Shown piece by piece: positions 15,170 to 30,247 of a DNA stretch of 64,000 bases; the first letter of the stretch is position 1; every line of letters begins with the position of its first letter. Under the pieces are notes generated by a model. The model was given only the letters and a program-made list of their open reading frames with translations, was not told the origin of the DNA and searched no databases. A program made the translations under genes and the position numbers. The stretch comes from the human T2T-CHM13v2.0 reference genome, Homo sapiens: assembly GCF_009914755.1 (NCBI RefSeq), contig NC_060936.1; one strand, given 5' to 3'.

Positions 15170-15760
15170 TTACGGGAACACGGACAGCCTCCCCCCTCCG
15201 CTCCCCCGGAGCAGCTTTGAAACTTACAGACTCCGGGTAGCGGGCGCGGCGGCTGGACCTCCTTGCACACGCCGGCGGGCCGCGGGCAGGTCCCTCGCTC
15301 TCCCATGCTGGCGCGCGGGACCAGGGGCCGCCCAGGCCGGAGGGACAAATTGGGGGCTGCGTGTCCTAAGGAGAAGAGTTAAAATAATAAAAGGTGCAAC
15401 TGAATCTAAACGCAGGGAGGGCTAGAGGAAGGGGGATGGGTGTAGATCTTCCCCTCCCCCTGCTCAGCTCAACTCCCTTGGCCACTTCAGTGGAAGGAGG
15501 AGGGACTGGGGGGGCGGGGGCGGGGGGGCGATGCTCCACAAATCAGCCTCCCAGTTAGGGCTTTGACGCACGCCAGACCTCGGAAGCCGACGTTGTCGCG
15601 GAGTAGGGGGCGGGCGGGGAGGGGGCGAGCGCAAGTCCCCGGGAGGTAGGGAGCAGGCCAGAGGGAGGGACGACCCGGGGGAGGGCGGGACCTGCAGAGC
15701 CAGCTCCTTTCCAGTAGCCGCGACCCCCTGCCGCCAGCGTGACACACAAGTCTTTAAAAG
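15170..15760. promoter_or_regulatory. KCNJ8: CpG island / KCNJ8 promoter with GC boxes
   Basis: Sharp GC and CpG enrichment; repeated ggggcgggg (Sp/KLF) motifs at about 15510-15530 and 15605-15630; CRE-like tgacgtaa at 15803 just outside. Confidence 0.85.
15228..15390 (-). other. KCNJ8: KCNJ8 non-coding exon 1 (5' end approximate)
   Basis: Consensus donor tct|gtaagt at 15227 inside the CpG island; the TSS cannot be read from sequence. Confidence 0.7.
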
Positions 15761-18531
15761 GCTCTCTGCTCAGGGGAGAGAACTTTCTGACTCCAAGTTC
15801 ACTGACGTAAGGAGATTTAATTTTAATTTTATTTTGTAATCTAGGTAGATAACTGGGCTACTTCATGATAACTGGGCTACTTCGGACTGAATAAAAGCAG
15901 AGAGGTCAGAAAATATTCTTCCAAAGCGTTCAAGCTGTGGGCACACACAATTATTTACATTAAATTTCCACCTGCTAGGAGAGATACAGGTGGAAGATGT
16001 TCTGAAACCCACTATAGTAAAGTATTTCTTCACCAGCCAAAGCCAGTTCTCAGGGAATTAAACACACACACACCTCAAAACAGCGACTGCCCCCCACCAC
16101 CCCCGGCCCCTTAAGGAAAAGAAAGAAAAAAAGAAACCACTGACTGGCTCCCAATGAAGAAATTTTACCCCAAACAGGGACGGCCGTTAACACTTCAGCG
16201 CTGATAAGGCCAGGTCATTCGGTCCTCAGTAATTGGTTGCTTTCTGAAATGTTGCAGCTTCTTCCTCTGTCTAGATGGGTCTGAATGATAAAACAGCATT
16301 TGCGCACAAAAAAGGTTATACAATAAACATCTATAGCTTTTTGAAAAGGAGCCAGCGAAGACAAATGTGCTTTTTCCCACAGGTCAAGCCTCCTGATTTT
16401 GGCACTTGCGTTAATGGAAACTTTAATTCTTGGAAGTTCCACGTATTTTCCAAGACTCGAGCCGAAAGTGTATGGAGCATAAACAATGTATTCATTTAAT
16501 TAGCCAAAGACCTAAAATTAGTCTTTAATGAAGGCAAATTAAGAACTTTTTTTTTCTCCTTGTGGTTAGATCTCCTTAACCCCTGTAAGCCCAGGATCCT
16601 AGTTTGTTAGTGGTAGTCCTCCTTTCTACTGTCATTAATTTTTGCAGTAATTTATGTAGTATAATAGTTTTACAAGTCTATGAAGAATCAGTTTGTATAG
16701 TCAATTCCCGCCATTGTTCTATTTTACCTTTGACTTTGTACACATTATTATTCATTATTTTAGCCTGGGGAACATTTACTGAACACCTTTGTAAGCTTTT
16801 TTTAGGTTTATGTGTCTAGAGATATATAAATATATGTCATAGTTGTTGCTTTTAAGAGGCAGACAGTTGTAGTAAGAGAGATATTCTCTAATACAAGCAG
16901 GGATGTGATTAGAATAGGAAAGGAAATTTTAAAATGTCATGGGAATTCAAATGAGAGATATTTAAGAGTAGGAGACTAAGGAAAAATCCATGGATTATTT
17001 GGCATCTGATCTAGGCTTTGTAAGCCTAGATATATTTAGGGTATACAGAAAAGCAGAGAAAAGACAGCCCACGTCAGCATTGATGAAGCCAAGTTGGCTA
17101 CACAGCAGGATTGGACACTTGAGTTCAGTGCTCCCTGGGCAGGCGCTGTTACCACCTACTCTCAATACTTAATGAGATTTTCATGTACTCGTCACACCCA
17201 TTCCCACCACTCCTGTACCCCCTCCCTTAAACTGGGGACTGCTAGAGGGCAAGGCTGTGACTTGTTCATCTTTGTAGCAAGGCCCTAGCACCATTTAAAT
17301 TATAAATGGGCTCAAAAAATATTTTTGAATCAATGAATGAAAAATACAAAGTTGAAAAAGCATATTGGGGCCTTAAAAAATGCATAGACAGCCTTAAATG
17401 CTCAACAAAAGAAGCTGAGGAGTCCTCAGTATGTAGTGGTAAGCCATGGAAAGATTTTGATCAGAAAACTACACAATAAGAGCCTGTTTTAAGAGGATTG
17501 ATCCAGAAGCAGAGAATATAATGGCTTTAAGGGTTGCATTTCTTGAGTATAGTCCCTCTGGGCTCCAAAATTCTGTAACTGGCAGAAGAGGGTGCTGGAA
17601 ACTGTTACATTAATTAGAGAAGGAATGAGGTCTTCGGCTAATAGGTAACATCAGTGGGCACTATACAAATACATACAAAAGGAATGTTATACAGAGTCAA
17701 TATTGGAAAAGGGAAAAGTCAGAGGTGACTGTGATGTTTATCATAGTAACAGAAAAATAATAAGAAAATTGGAATGAGAAGAGCTGAAGTACTGTGGAGA
17801 ATTTATGAGAAGATTTGCAACAAAAAAATCCATATCTGAATTCTCTGAAAATTCTGTTCTTTTGGTATAATACATATTTCAGACTCTTTTTTTTCATTGA
17901 GATGTATTCTTCCAAATACGCAATTTTAAATCGTTTCAACTTGCTTTCATAACAGAATGTCATATTTTTATTAGTCAGTAATTTAACTTGATTGATTCAA
18001 AATCAGGGCACATAATAAAGATCAAATTTGAAGAAATTAATAAGTAAATGTTTGACAATAGTAGGCCTAAGAACAAATAGTAATCATTTTAAATGGTAAA
18101 GAATGTGTGCTATAAGAATATTACAGATATATATTTTTCTTTGTATTCCCTTTCTACATTGTTTCCTTAAGCAGTGTATGTCTTTGTCCTTCAACTAGTT
18201 TTTCTGCACTAAGTGGAAGCTGCATGAGAGCACATTGTTTAATATCACCACACACCCAGGGTCTCAAATTGTTCCGAGATCCCAAGAGTAGGTACTCAAT
18301 AAATACTTGTCAAATGAAAAGAAGTAGGAATAGTGTTCAAAACATGGTATTTCTCTCTCTTGCATTTTCTCTCTCATCTCTCTCTACCCTTCATGGTTTT
18401 GCAACTATTTCTCAGAACCCACATAGGAAATGTGAACTTTTGGAATTCACTTTGAAGTCTGTTTCTATAGCTGTCTACAAAAATTTTCTTATTCTCACTT
18501 TTCTCTTTACTATATTGCTCTACCTTTAAAT

Positions 18532-18745
18532 CAAGCTTGTCCAACACGTGGCCCGCGAGCTGCATGCAACCCAGGAGAGCTTTGAATGCTGCCCAACACA
18601 AATTCGTAAACTTTCTTAAAATTATGAGATTTTTTTGTGATTTTTAGCTTATCAGCTATCGTTAGTGTTATTGTACATTATGTGTGACCCAAGACAATTC
18701 TTCTTCCAATATGGCCCAGGGAAGCCAAAAGATTGGACACTCCTG
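18532..18745. mobile_element. MER30 (hAT-Charlie MITE)
   Basis: caagcttgtccaac ... gaagccaaaagattggacactcctg termini, about 215 bp. Confidence 0.8.
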
Positions 18746-21700
18746 CAAAATTATCCATTTCTCCCTTCTTTAGCAACTTCCCTAACTTCCCTAATTGCTC
18801 TAAGTCAGCAATACTTAAACTTGTCTGGCATTTGCTAGCTAAGTTTCTCTTTACAACTTGATTTTAAGCTTAACTGACATATACCTCTATCCCCCAAAAG
18901 TCTTTCTGGACACATAGTAACTGCTCAATAAATATTTATTATTGACTGACCTCTAGCTCTCCCTCATATTATGGTCCAAACAGTGAACATTTAAATTTGC
19001 CTCTGGCTGAGAAATTGGCAAAAAAAAATCAATTAATTTTCAAGAGCACATTTACTACTTAGGGCTTATTTTATTCATCTGCTTATTCAATCACTATATG
19101 CTGTTGTCCACTAAAAGTTAGGTATATTTTCTTAACTGTTCAATAATTTTCTTAATTGTTCTTTCAGGAGTGAAGACTAATTTGCACACTACCAGAGGAT
19201 ATCAGTAATAAGTTTAGAACACAGCTAATTTTATTTACTATTATAATTTTCTTGAGTATGCAGGAATCCTGTTAGAATTTACTCATGTTGCAGAAATTTA
19301 TGCAATTAAAAAGCAATTAAAAGATTTTGGTTCAGTTGTAAGTCAGCATCTGCCAGGTTCCTTTTAGACCCTATGAGCATTTTTCTTTGGGTTTCTGACA
19401 TTCTCATTCTCTTAAGAAACAAAGCTTGTCAAGTGCCTTTAGACAAGTAGAGAAAATATTAGGTTGATGCTTTTCCTAATTGTCTGCTGCTTTGATTACC
19501 AAATGCAAATCAGTGAAGTTTCTGAAAGTACCCTTGAGAGCAAGGGTGAAATTCTTCCAGTTGTTGACTTTGCCTTTGACATGACTTGTAGACTTCAAAC
19601 TCTTGGATTTCCTGAGCCATATTAGACTTAAAAATTTGGAGGGTCTTCAAAATGGCAATGGAAACGAGTCATGTTAGCTGAACAAATAATGGTTGGTCTA
19701 TTTGCTTAGTATGCTGCTTTACTAGTGTCCTCGTATAAACCACTTTGGAACATATTGCTTTGGAATCAACTTAATAAAATTGTTACATAAACTAGTAATC
19801 AAAACAGCATGTTATAAACTTACTTTTTTGGAGTTATCATGGAATGGGAATGACAGTATAACTCTTCTCAGTTATTTGTTCCAGTGAATTCGGAGAACAT
19901 TTCTTTTTGAGATATGTATCTATTTATGTGCAGAAAAGCATCACTCTGTTTTAAATAAGGTCACCCCATTTCTTCTTTGCAAGCTCAGCTCCTCATACTT
20001 TAGCAAGCTCACAGGTGTGAATCAGAAAGGTCAGGAAAGGAGGCACTCACAACAATAACTACCCTTTGATTTGCATCTAGGTGAGCAAAACAACATCCCT
20101 GCTCCAAGGCATTCTTGGGGAGAAAGCTGTTAGCAAACAAGTAATACATTACATAATTATTAATAGTGGTAAAATATATAAAGAAAATAAATTGAGATAA
20201 GGATCAAAAGTAACTAGGGCCAGAGATGACAGTTTTAGATAGGGTTCAAAAAAGACCTCTTTAAAACAGTGACATTTGAATAAAGAATCAACTGTATGAT
20301 CAACTTGGGAAAGAGTGCTTCAGGCAGCCCAAGAGCAAGTGTAAAAGCTTTGAGGCAGGAAATAGTTTGATGTGCTTGAAGAACAATAAGAAAATCAGTA
20401 TAGCAGATGGATAAGAGGAAAGGCAGAAGAAGAGCTGGGAAAACTGGGAAGTGCCTTCACTGTTCTCTCCATTTACCCAATGAATAAGGATTGGGAGTCT
20501 GCCAGGTAACTAGGTTATGAAAATCACTGACCCTAATCCTTGAGACAGTTGCATGAAAATTAGGTTATTTTTCTCATTTTGCACACGAATTGATTAGAAT
20601 TTAGCAAAATGACTTTCCAAAGTCACTTACCAAGCAAGTAGAAAGCTATGACAGACTCAGAACATCTGATTCCAAATCCTGTGCTTTTCTTACTAGACAA
20701 TATCTCAAGGAGATGATTGTCCAACTATGGTCCAGCTGCACGAGAAACACCTGGTAATATGATTTCATGCCCCACCAGACTTCTATTGAGCAAGGATAGA
20801 ATAAGAAGTATGATCTTTGGCCCAGAAATTAAAATATCTTTAATGAAAAGGTATAAACACTTCTAATAAAATAAAGCACATTTAAAAGTTATCCTGGAGA
20901 TTCTCTTGCCCAGCCAGGTATTAGAACCTCATAGAATTATTTTTAGGGCAAGATGAGATAATATAAGATGCTTAGGATAGTTCCTGGCCTGTGATAAGTA
21001 CTTAATAAATATCAACTCATTAATATCTTAGGGCTGGTTTTAGTTTGGTGATGGTCAAGAAGGTCTCAGAGCAGGCTGTGGGGGTAGGAAGGAAAAGCTA
21101 CAGCTCACAGATTTATTTTATCATTTTATAGACCTGAATATTTTTGAGATCTTACCAACCCTCAGAGTGCTATTATAACTAACCAATACTTGTACTACCG
21201 TCTCCTCAACTCTTGAACTTAATTAAGACACTGGGGACTAAAAAGGAGCCAACCAAGATACTGGTAATAAAATAAGGACTCAGAAATCAACACATGTGTT
21301 TTACTGTAATAGTGTTTCCAAGAGAAAAGTAGTTCCTTCCATCAAAGAAAGAGTACCCATGCTGATTATGTTCTACTGGTAGGCTACAAAATACTAATTA
21401 TAAATAAAGCTAGTAGGCCCTCTCCCAAGAGAAGATGAGAAATAGTGGCTGTCACTGTTGATTTTTTTCAGGGCCTGAAATTATGCTTTCATGTTCTCAT
21501 GCCAAAGAAAGGTAAGTTCGCGTGAGCCTGGGATCTGTCCTGCCATAGGAATTCTTCACAGGAACTCTTCACAGGATTTCTGAAACTCAGGGAAAAAGCA
21601 ATTCCCAAGGATCACCTGATCCATTGCTATGCTTTCATGTCATTATGTTTTGCCAAAATTAGTGACTCACGCAATGCTTGGAAAGAGAAACCTGACATTT

Positions 21701-22129
21701 TCCAGAACTCTCTGTAGAGCAGGTCCTTATTGCCACCTTTCAAAACTGTCAGCTATAGAAAGGATTATAGAGGTTGAAAGTTTTAAAGTGATATTTAGAC
21801 TTGTTGGGCCCAATGAAGCCAGGATATTTTTTCTGCTGTTAAATGATTTTTTTTTAAGGTAAAAATGTTCTGTGCCAGAAAAACTTTCACCAGGTCATTT
21901 TTTCTAAACAAGTTCACACTGGAATTACATGTTTGAGAGTTGTGTCTAATTTAAAATGTCAAATTACCTCATTTTTTGTTAGAATTGATGGGATAATAAA
22001 ATGATCTCCTCTTGAAATTTATTATGGATTTGAAAGTCAATCTTTCTTTAAAAAATTGAGAAATTATGGGAGATGCATGAGCTATAGTATAACCTTCCAT
22101 TTAAGTTCACAGAGGTTTACAGTCAGAAA

Positions 22130-22618
<489 letters not shown>

Positions 22619-22699
22619 CTAAAACAATATTTTTAAAAATAATTATAACTTGGATACAGCATCCTTAATAATTAGGATGTAATTCATTATTTATTATTT

Positions 22700-23290
22700 T
22701 ATTTTTTCTTAGCCTGAATTTGTTAGTATTGTTAGATTATTGATAAACAAAAATGGTGATAACAGGCATGCTTTCTCTTCTTAGTGATTTTAATAAAATG
22801 CTTCCAGAATATATAATTTATATATTTATCACTTTAAGGTGGTATGTTTTTACTACTTTTCTGTTTTTTAAATCAGTGATGGATAAAGAATTACACAAAA
22901 TGCCTTTTTAGCATCTACCAAGTTTATCTATTTTTTTCTTCTTTGACCAGTTAATATGGTGAATTAAGTCACTAGATTAAAAAAAATTAAACTATTTTTA
23001 CATTCCTGAGGTTAAACTCCAATTGGTCACTGTGAACTGTTATTTTAATATAATGCTGGATCATGTTTGTTAAACAATTTACTTAGGACTTTTGCATAAA
23101 TATTTGTGAATGAGATTGGTCTGTATTATTTTTTTCTGTGTTTTCTCTGTCTGGTTTTGGGTAAATGTTATGAGTCTTTGTAAAAAGAATTGGTGTGTAT
23201 TCTTTCTCCATCGGTTGAAATAATGTATATAGAGTAGGGATTAGCTGCTTCTTGAAAGCTTAGAATAATTTTGAAATCATCTGAGTCTGA
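22700..23290 (-). mobile_element. Old L1M fragments
   Basis: Degenerate antisense ORF2 phrases (aatgcctttttagcatcta; gtgaatgagattggtctgta). Confidence 0.5.
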
Positions 23291-23291
23291 A

Positions 23292-24099
23292 TTTCTTTAT
23301 TATTATTATTATACTTTAAGTTCTGGGATACATGTACAGAACGTGCAGGTTTGTTACATAGGCATACACATGCCTTGGTGGTTTTGCTGCACTCATCAAC
23401 CCGTCATCTACACATTAGGTATTTCTCCTAATGCTATCCCTCCCCTAACCGCCACCCCCTGACAGGCCCCAGTGTGTGATGTTGCCCTCTCTGTGTCCAT
23501 GTGTTCTCATTGTCCAACTCCCACTTATGAGTGAGAACATGCGGTGTTTGGTTTTCTGTTCGTGTGTTAGTTTGCTGAGAATGATGGTTTGCAGCTTCAT
23601 CCATTTCTCTGCAAAGGACATGAACTCATCCTTTTTGATGGCTGCATAGTATTCCATGGTGTATATGTGCCATATTTTCTCTATCCAGTCTATCATTGAT
23701 GGGCATTTGGGTTGGTTCCAAGTCTTTGCTATTGTGAACAGTGCTGCAATAAACATATGTGTGCATGTGTCTTTATAGTAGAATGATTTATAATCCTTTG
23801 GGTCTATACCCAGTAATGGGATTGCTGGGTCAATGGTATTTCTGGATCTAGATCCTTGAGGAATCACCACACTGTCTTCCACAATGGTTGAACTAATTTA
23901 CACTCCCACCAACAGTGTAAAAGCATTCCTATTTCTCCACATCCTCTCCAGCATCTGTTGTTTCCTGACTTTATAATGATCACCATTCTAACTGGCATGA
24001 GATGGTATCTCATTGTGGTTTTGATTTTCATTTCTGTAATGACCAGTGATGATGAGCTTTTTTTCATATGTTTATTGGCTGCATAAATGTCTTCTTTTG
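23292..24099 (-). mobile_element. 5'-truncated L1PA7-like 3' end
   Basis: ORF2 C-terminal peptides (ORFs 23445-23882 and 23864-24067), 3' UTR, (TAT)n tail. Confidence 0.92.
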
Positions 24100-24389
24100 G
24101 GAATAGTTTTTGGCTCTTTGAACCCTCCTCATTTTCTCTTTCTCTCCTCTGAGATCCCTAGTTCAGACCTTTTCATTTTATCCTCCATATCTTCTGGTTG
24201 TTCTTCCATGGTTTTTATCTACTTATTCTGCACTGCATTCTAGATCTGTTTCCAATGGAAATAATTCTCTCATCATCTAAGCTTAATTATGGTTTGATAT
24301 ATCCACTGAATTTTAATAATAATTTTAGAGGTTTTTTTCCTAGAAGTTCTATTTTTTTTAACCACCTTTTAAAAACCTATATGTACAAC

Positions 24390-25070
24390 TAATTAACTAC
24401 CACATGGATCAGATATTAAGATATAAAGCATATCTATCACCATAGAAGATTTCTTTCTGCCCTTTTTAGACTGTAATTGCTCCCTAGCAGAGCTCACCTT
24501 TTTATGGCATTTCATCAGCAGTTTGTTTTGTTTGTTGTTGAGCTTTGTATGCATGGAATAACACAGTAGGTACTCTTTAGTACCTGCTTCTTTCACTCAA
24601 CAGAGTGTCTGTGAAATGTGGCCAGGTTGTTTTATATTCCAGTAATAGTATTTCATTTTGTGAATATAACACCATTTATTTATCCATTCTCCTATTGACA
24701 GGCATATGGGTTATTTATGTTTGTTTGACTATTATAAATTTGACTATTATAAATAAAGCTGCTATGGAACATTTCTGTACAAGATCTATTGTGGGCATAA
24801 GCATTCATTTCACCTGGATATATGCCCTAGCATGAAATTGTTGGGTCCTGGTATAGGTACCTATTTAGCCTTAGTAGAAACTGCCAGTATTCCATACTGG
24901 TTGTGCCATGCACGCTCCCTTCTGCAGTTATATGAGAGTTCCAACCTCACCCCACTTGGTATTGCCAGTCCTTGTCATTTCAGCCATTTTAGGGGATAGT
25001 TTTTTAAATTTGCATTCCCAGTGAGGAATGATGTTGAACACATTTTCACATGCTTACTGGCAAACATACA
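24390..25070 (-). mobile_element. Old L1M (L1MC/ME-type) 3' fragment
   Basis: ttcactcaaca...ccatttatttatccattctcctattgacaggcat. Confidence 0.55.
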
Positions 25071-25747
25071 TACTTTAAAACTTCTTATAGATTGTTTTAT
25101 AATGATTTCTAGTTATTGTGCTAATATTCCTATTGGTTGTGTCTGGGTTCCAATCTTGGTATGTGTTTTCTCATGTGGTTTTAATTTTGAATGTGAGTTA
25201 ATTTTCTTGTTTTTTTTTCCTCCCTATGGGATCTAGATTGTACCCCAGCAGACTGATTTTGGATTTTCCCTTTCCAGGACCTCTAGGGTATCAATATTCT
25301 GGAGCTATTTTTATTCAATTTCTTATCTTGAATATACGATCTCACCTTTGCAAAGTTGGATAGTCAATTTGTTTTTAGAGGAAATAAAACACTTATTCTG
25401 TGATTTTAAAAATCTCATGTAGTGCTCATTAAGGTATGGTCAATGTAGTGGGCTCTCATACTAACATTCCGTATTGGAATGTGCTTTTCAAGTTATAAAG
25501 TTATTTTCCCATCATTTTATTTGAGATTAATAAAAACTCAGTGAGGCCAACAGGGTAGTTATTGTCATGTCTTTTGGTTTTCCTTTTGCAAATGAGGAAA
25601 TGGGGACCCAGCCTTTAAATGATAAATCCAAGGCCATATATTCAATTGATAGAATCAAGACTAGAAGTCAGGTCTCCTGGTCCATTTCTCTTTTCAATAG
25701 TATTCTACATAGATTCACATAATTATTCTTTATTATATGTCACATAC

Positions 25748-26190
25748 TGTATTAGTCAGGGTTCTTTAGAGAACAGAGCTATTAGGATAGATGTATATAT
25801 AAAGGGGAGTTTGTTAAGGACTATTAACTCACACAATCACAAGGTGAGGTTCCACAATAGGCCATGTGCAAGCTGAGGAGCAAGGAGCCAGTCCAAGTCC
25901 CAAAGCTGGAGAAACTGGAGTCCAGTGTTCGAGGGCAGGAAGCATCCAGCACGGGAGAAAGATGTAGGCTGGGAGGCTAATCCAGTCCAGTCTTTTCACA
26001 TTTCTCTGCCTGCTTTATATTCTGGCTGTGCTAACAACTGATTAGATGGTGCCCACCCAGGTTAAGGGTGGGTCTACCTTTCCCAACCCACTGACTCAGA
26101 TGTTAATTTCCTTTGGCAACACCCTCAGACATACCCAGGAATAATACTTTGCATCCTTCAATCCAGTCAAGTTGACACTCAGTATTAACA
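25748..26190 (-). mobile_element. MLT2A-type ERVL solo LTR
   Basis: tgtattagtcagggttct...gttgacactcagtattaaca, flanked by a perfect 5-bp TSD CATAC. Confidence 0.85.
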
Positions 26191-28391
26191 CATACAGTAT
26201 AAATCATTTATTCCCAAAACAAATAATTGACTTCACTAAATTAATCTTTATTCTAGTATAGCACACGACTAAGAGTGTGGCCTTGAAGTTGGATTGCTTG
26301 AGTTTGCCTCTGAGTTCTGCTAAACCTTGCTCAAGTTAGCCTTTATGAATCTCAATTATTAAATGGAAATAATAATATCTACCTCAGGGAAATTTTTTCA
26401 AGATCAAAAGAGATTATACTTGTAAGGCTTATATCATATCTGCTCAATGTATGTTAGCTATTATTACCCTTACAGCAAATTTTTAATTAGATGGTATATG
26501 CAATAAACATTCTACTGATATCTCAATTGATTTCATGTTGCTCTTCTCTTCTTTTCCCCAGTGATTTTTCCTCTTTCATATTGTTTGATACAAAATGATA
26601 CCAGCATCACAGAGACTATAATGATATTTAAATCATAAATCAGTATGTCATCTCTATGCTTTATTGGCATATGTAGCTAAGCTTTATTAAAATATTATTT
26701 AAGCCAAGAATTTCCCATGAAATATTAGGCTTTCTATTTTTTTCCCCTACATTTTTGGCCAAAGGCCTGGATGCCTTGTGTTTCCAATATAATGTTTTTG
26801 TTACATTGAATATATGCTGGAAGTTCAGTCAAGTGGGAATAAAGAAGAGACGCTCCTATTTTCTAGTGAAAACTTGTCACCCCAAATCACTGCCTTTTGC
26901 CGTCTTCTCCTTCCTGTTTGCCAAGGACATAGGAATTGTGCTGCCTGGGCCAAGTGCTTGGCACATATAAGTGTCCACAAGTGATAGGTCACTGGGAAAA
27001 ATGGCTGCTTCTGTCCAAAATGTGCTTGTAATGATCATATGTGTTAGGGATAGTGCAATTCTGTAGTGGTGGTGGTAGGGTGTTACTGCTTGTTTTGAGT
27101 GGGAAGTTGTGAGAAAATGTCTCGTAAGCTATGTGTTATGCAGTAATTCCCATAGAGAAATGAAACTTGGGCTTAAAAAGTCAATATTTGGAGTCTTATG
27201 GCAAGAGATTTTGTTTTGTTTTCATGTTTTAAAAGAAAAGTACAGCCTTCTTTAGACTTTCCCTTTCTCTGGAACAAAGATAGGTTGAGAGAACATGAGA
27301 CGAAAGGCCAAGGGTTTTAGACAACAGCTCATTTTAGTGCTTATGTGATAGAGGAAAGGTTTTTCCTCTCTCAATCTCTTTTTTTTTTCCCTCAAAGGAA
27401 AATAATCAGTAGCCAGCCCAGTCTCATTAGTCTTTTTTTGGAACTACTGGTTGTGATTTGTGTTTGCCTTCTTGCTTTCACATCACTCTCTAGACTGTGC
27501 TAGTTTCTCCTCATTACTCCCAACCGGCATATACTACCTGACAACAGCTTCTTAGGTCAGAGGTAGACTCCTGACCCAAAGTGATGTGTAATGCACAGTT
27601 GTCTTTGTCATGTATAAGATTAAAAGATGAGCTGCACAAGGTAGATTCTTTGCTTGATACTTTGAAATAGACAATCTGAGAAATGGAGATAGTTGTGGAC
27701 TGAGAAGCCAGAAGATTTAGTCTTAGGGATAGGAATGGTTCATAAAGGTGAGAAAGAAGTAGGCAGGGATAAGAATGGGGCAGAAGAAAAACGAGAAACT
27801 AGAGACAGGGAGTTGGAATTGAGGGAGTGGACTGTCCCTAGACAGGTCCCAGTCCTCACTTTCCCTGAGATCTCATAATTCTGCTTTTCCTAGATTCCAG
27901 TGCAGATATAACATTTCAATACCAACCTCCTCTCCACACCTACCCCATGCTGTTTAAAAGGATAGTTTCTAGAGTCAGATGGTCAGAATTTAAATCAGTG
28001 ATTTGGGGATAAATCATTTAAATCCTAGCCTCAGTTTCTCATCTGTAAAGCAAGTATAATAAAGATACTTATTTCTTAAGATTTTATATTATTTTAAATA
28101 TACTACATAGCTATGCACTACACCAACAAATAATATCCCTGAATTATATTTTGTTACTCAAAGATGAACACAGCAGATATTCAACAAATTATCAATCAAG
28201 ATGAAATAACCAAAGTTTATTTTCACACAGCATCCCCTAGTAGGGAGACAACCACTTTTCATAGATGCCCAGTTCAACAGCTTTCATGACAATCATTATC
28301 ATCCTTTCATTGAACTAAAAAGAGCCTCTTCACTGTAACCCAGCAAGATGTTGCCAGTGCTATCTTAAAGGGTAGTTTAAAAAGAAAGGTT

Positions 28392-28746
<355 letters not shown>

Positions 28747-29400
28747 CTATTTAGAAGTGAAATTTCTTTCTAAGGTGATTTAGGTCTGAAAGATACACTT
28801 ACAGATTACTGTAAGAATATTTCTCTTTATGCCATCTATTTTAACTACCTGCATTTATCTATGCATTAGTGATATAAAGTTTCATACCAACTATAGCCTT
28901 ATTTAAGGCAGCAAGTTAAGCTAAAATGTGAGTGTATATGTGTGTGCATGCAGTGCACACACACGTACTGAGGGGTTGGAGGATAGGTTTAGGTTGTAAC
29001 CTATAAAATAGATTTAACAGACAGTTTAATTGATTCAAATAGCTGGAAATTCTGTTTACGTCCAAGTTCAAATAACTGATGAACATTTTGGCTGTCTGAA
29101 AAAGTTTAAGAATTTTAAAAATTACTTTTTACTTCATGAGTGTTGAAACAGAAAACTCAAACTACTGTGAGTCAAGGAGCTGGCCTAGATATCAAAGAGC
29201 TGGCCTAAATCCACTTGGCTCTGATAATATTAAAGGTCAATGGCCTTTCACTTAATAATAACTGATAATGTTGTATAAACAGTACATACTTTAATCATTC
29301 TTTTAGAGAAAGATGGGAATGAAATAGCATTAAGCTACTGCATCAAAGTTGCACTGTTGATATATACGAACGAGTTACTTATTTTTTTTTAGTTGATATC

Positions 29401-29705
29401 TTTCTTTTATTTATTTATTTTTTTAGAGATAGAGTCTTGTTCTGGAGTCCAGGCACCATTATGGCTCACTGCAGTCTCTAACTCCTGCGCTCAAGGGATC
29501 CTTTTGCCTGAGCTGCCTGAATAGCTGGAACTACAGGTGTGCACCACCCAGCCCAGCTAATTTTTTATTTAAAAATTTTTATTTTCGTAGAGACAAGGTC
29601 TTGCCTTTTTGCCTAGGTTAGTCTTGAACTTCTGGTTTCGAGCAATCCTTCCACTGCAGCCTCCCAAAGTGCTACGACTGTAGATATGAGCCACCGTGCT
29701 TGGCC
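29401..29705 (-). mobile_element. AluJ
   Basis: Highly diverged antisense dimer; degenerate TSD tagttgatatc / tagttaatgtc. Confidence 0.88.
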
Positions 29706-30247
29706 TAGTTAATGTCACTTACACTCACTGTCACATTGCAGTATTGTAGATTTACATTTCCAACTATAAAATATGAAAATATCTCCTTTATAGTACACTC
29801 TTCAATTTTGAATATGATTTTTAAGTTTTGCAATTTGGTAGGTAAAAAGTGAATAATCAAACAATAAAACATAAAAAATCCCACCAAAAGCTGAATTGTG
29901 TTTGTATTTTGAATAAATGCAACTTCTTATAGCATTAAGCAACTCAATTATTTTGGACTTCAAAACTTACATTTGTCTCTATGCAGTAGAGAGGACCTGA
30001 AAAGAAGCATTGAGGAATGAACAAAAAGTGAACCCTCAGTGGTCGTTTGTACCTTTTAGGTGGTTAGAAAATAATGTTTCTTGCTACTTCCCTCAAATCT
30101 CCCAGTCCATAGTAGTTGTGGTAGCTTGCCTGCAAAATGGCTGCCATCAATTCCTTCAATTCCTGCATGTGCTTACTATTCTCCCATTAAGAGGTGGAAA
30201 CTATTTCTCCACCATCTTTTTTTTCATTGTACACTGATGACCTTTAA

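Noticed and set aside
15464-15749. Pro/Arg-rich ORFs in the promoter
   Set aside because: Expected stop-codon depletion in a CpG island
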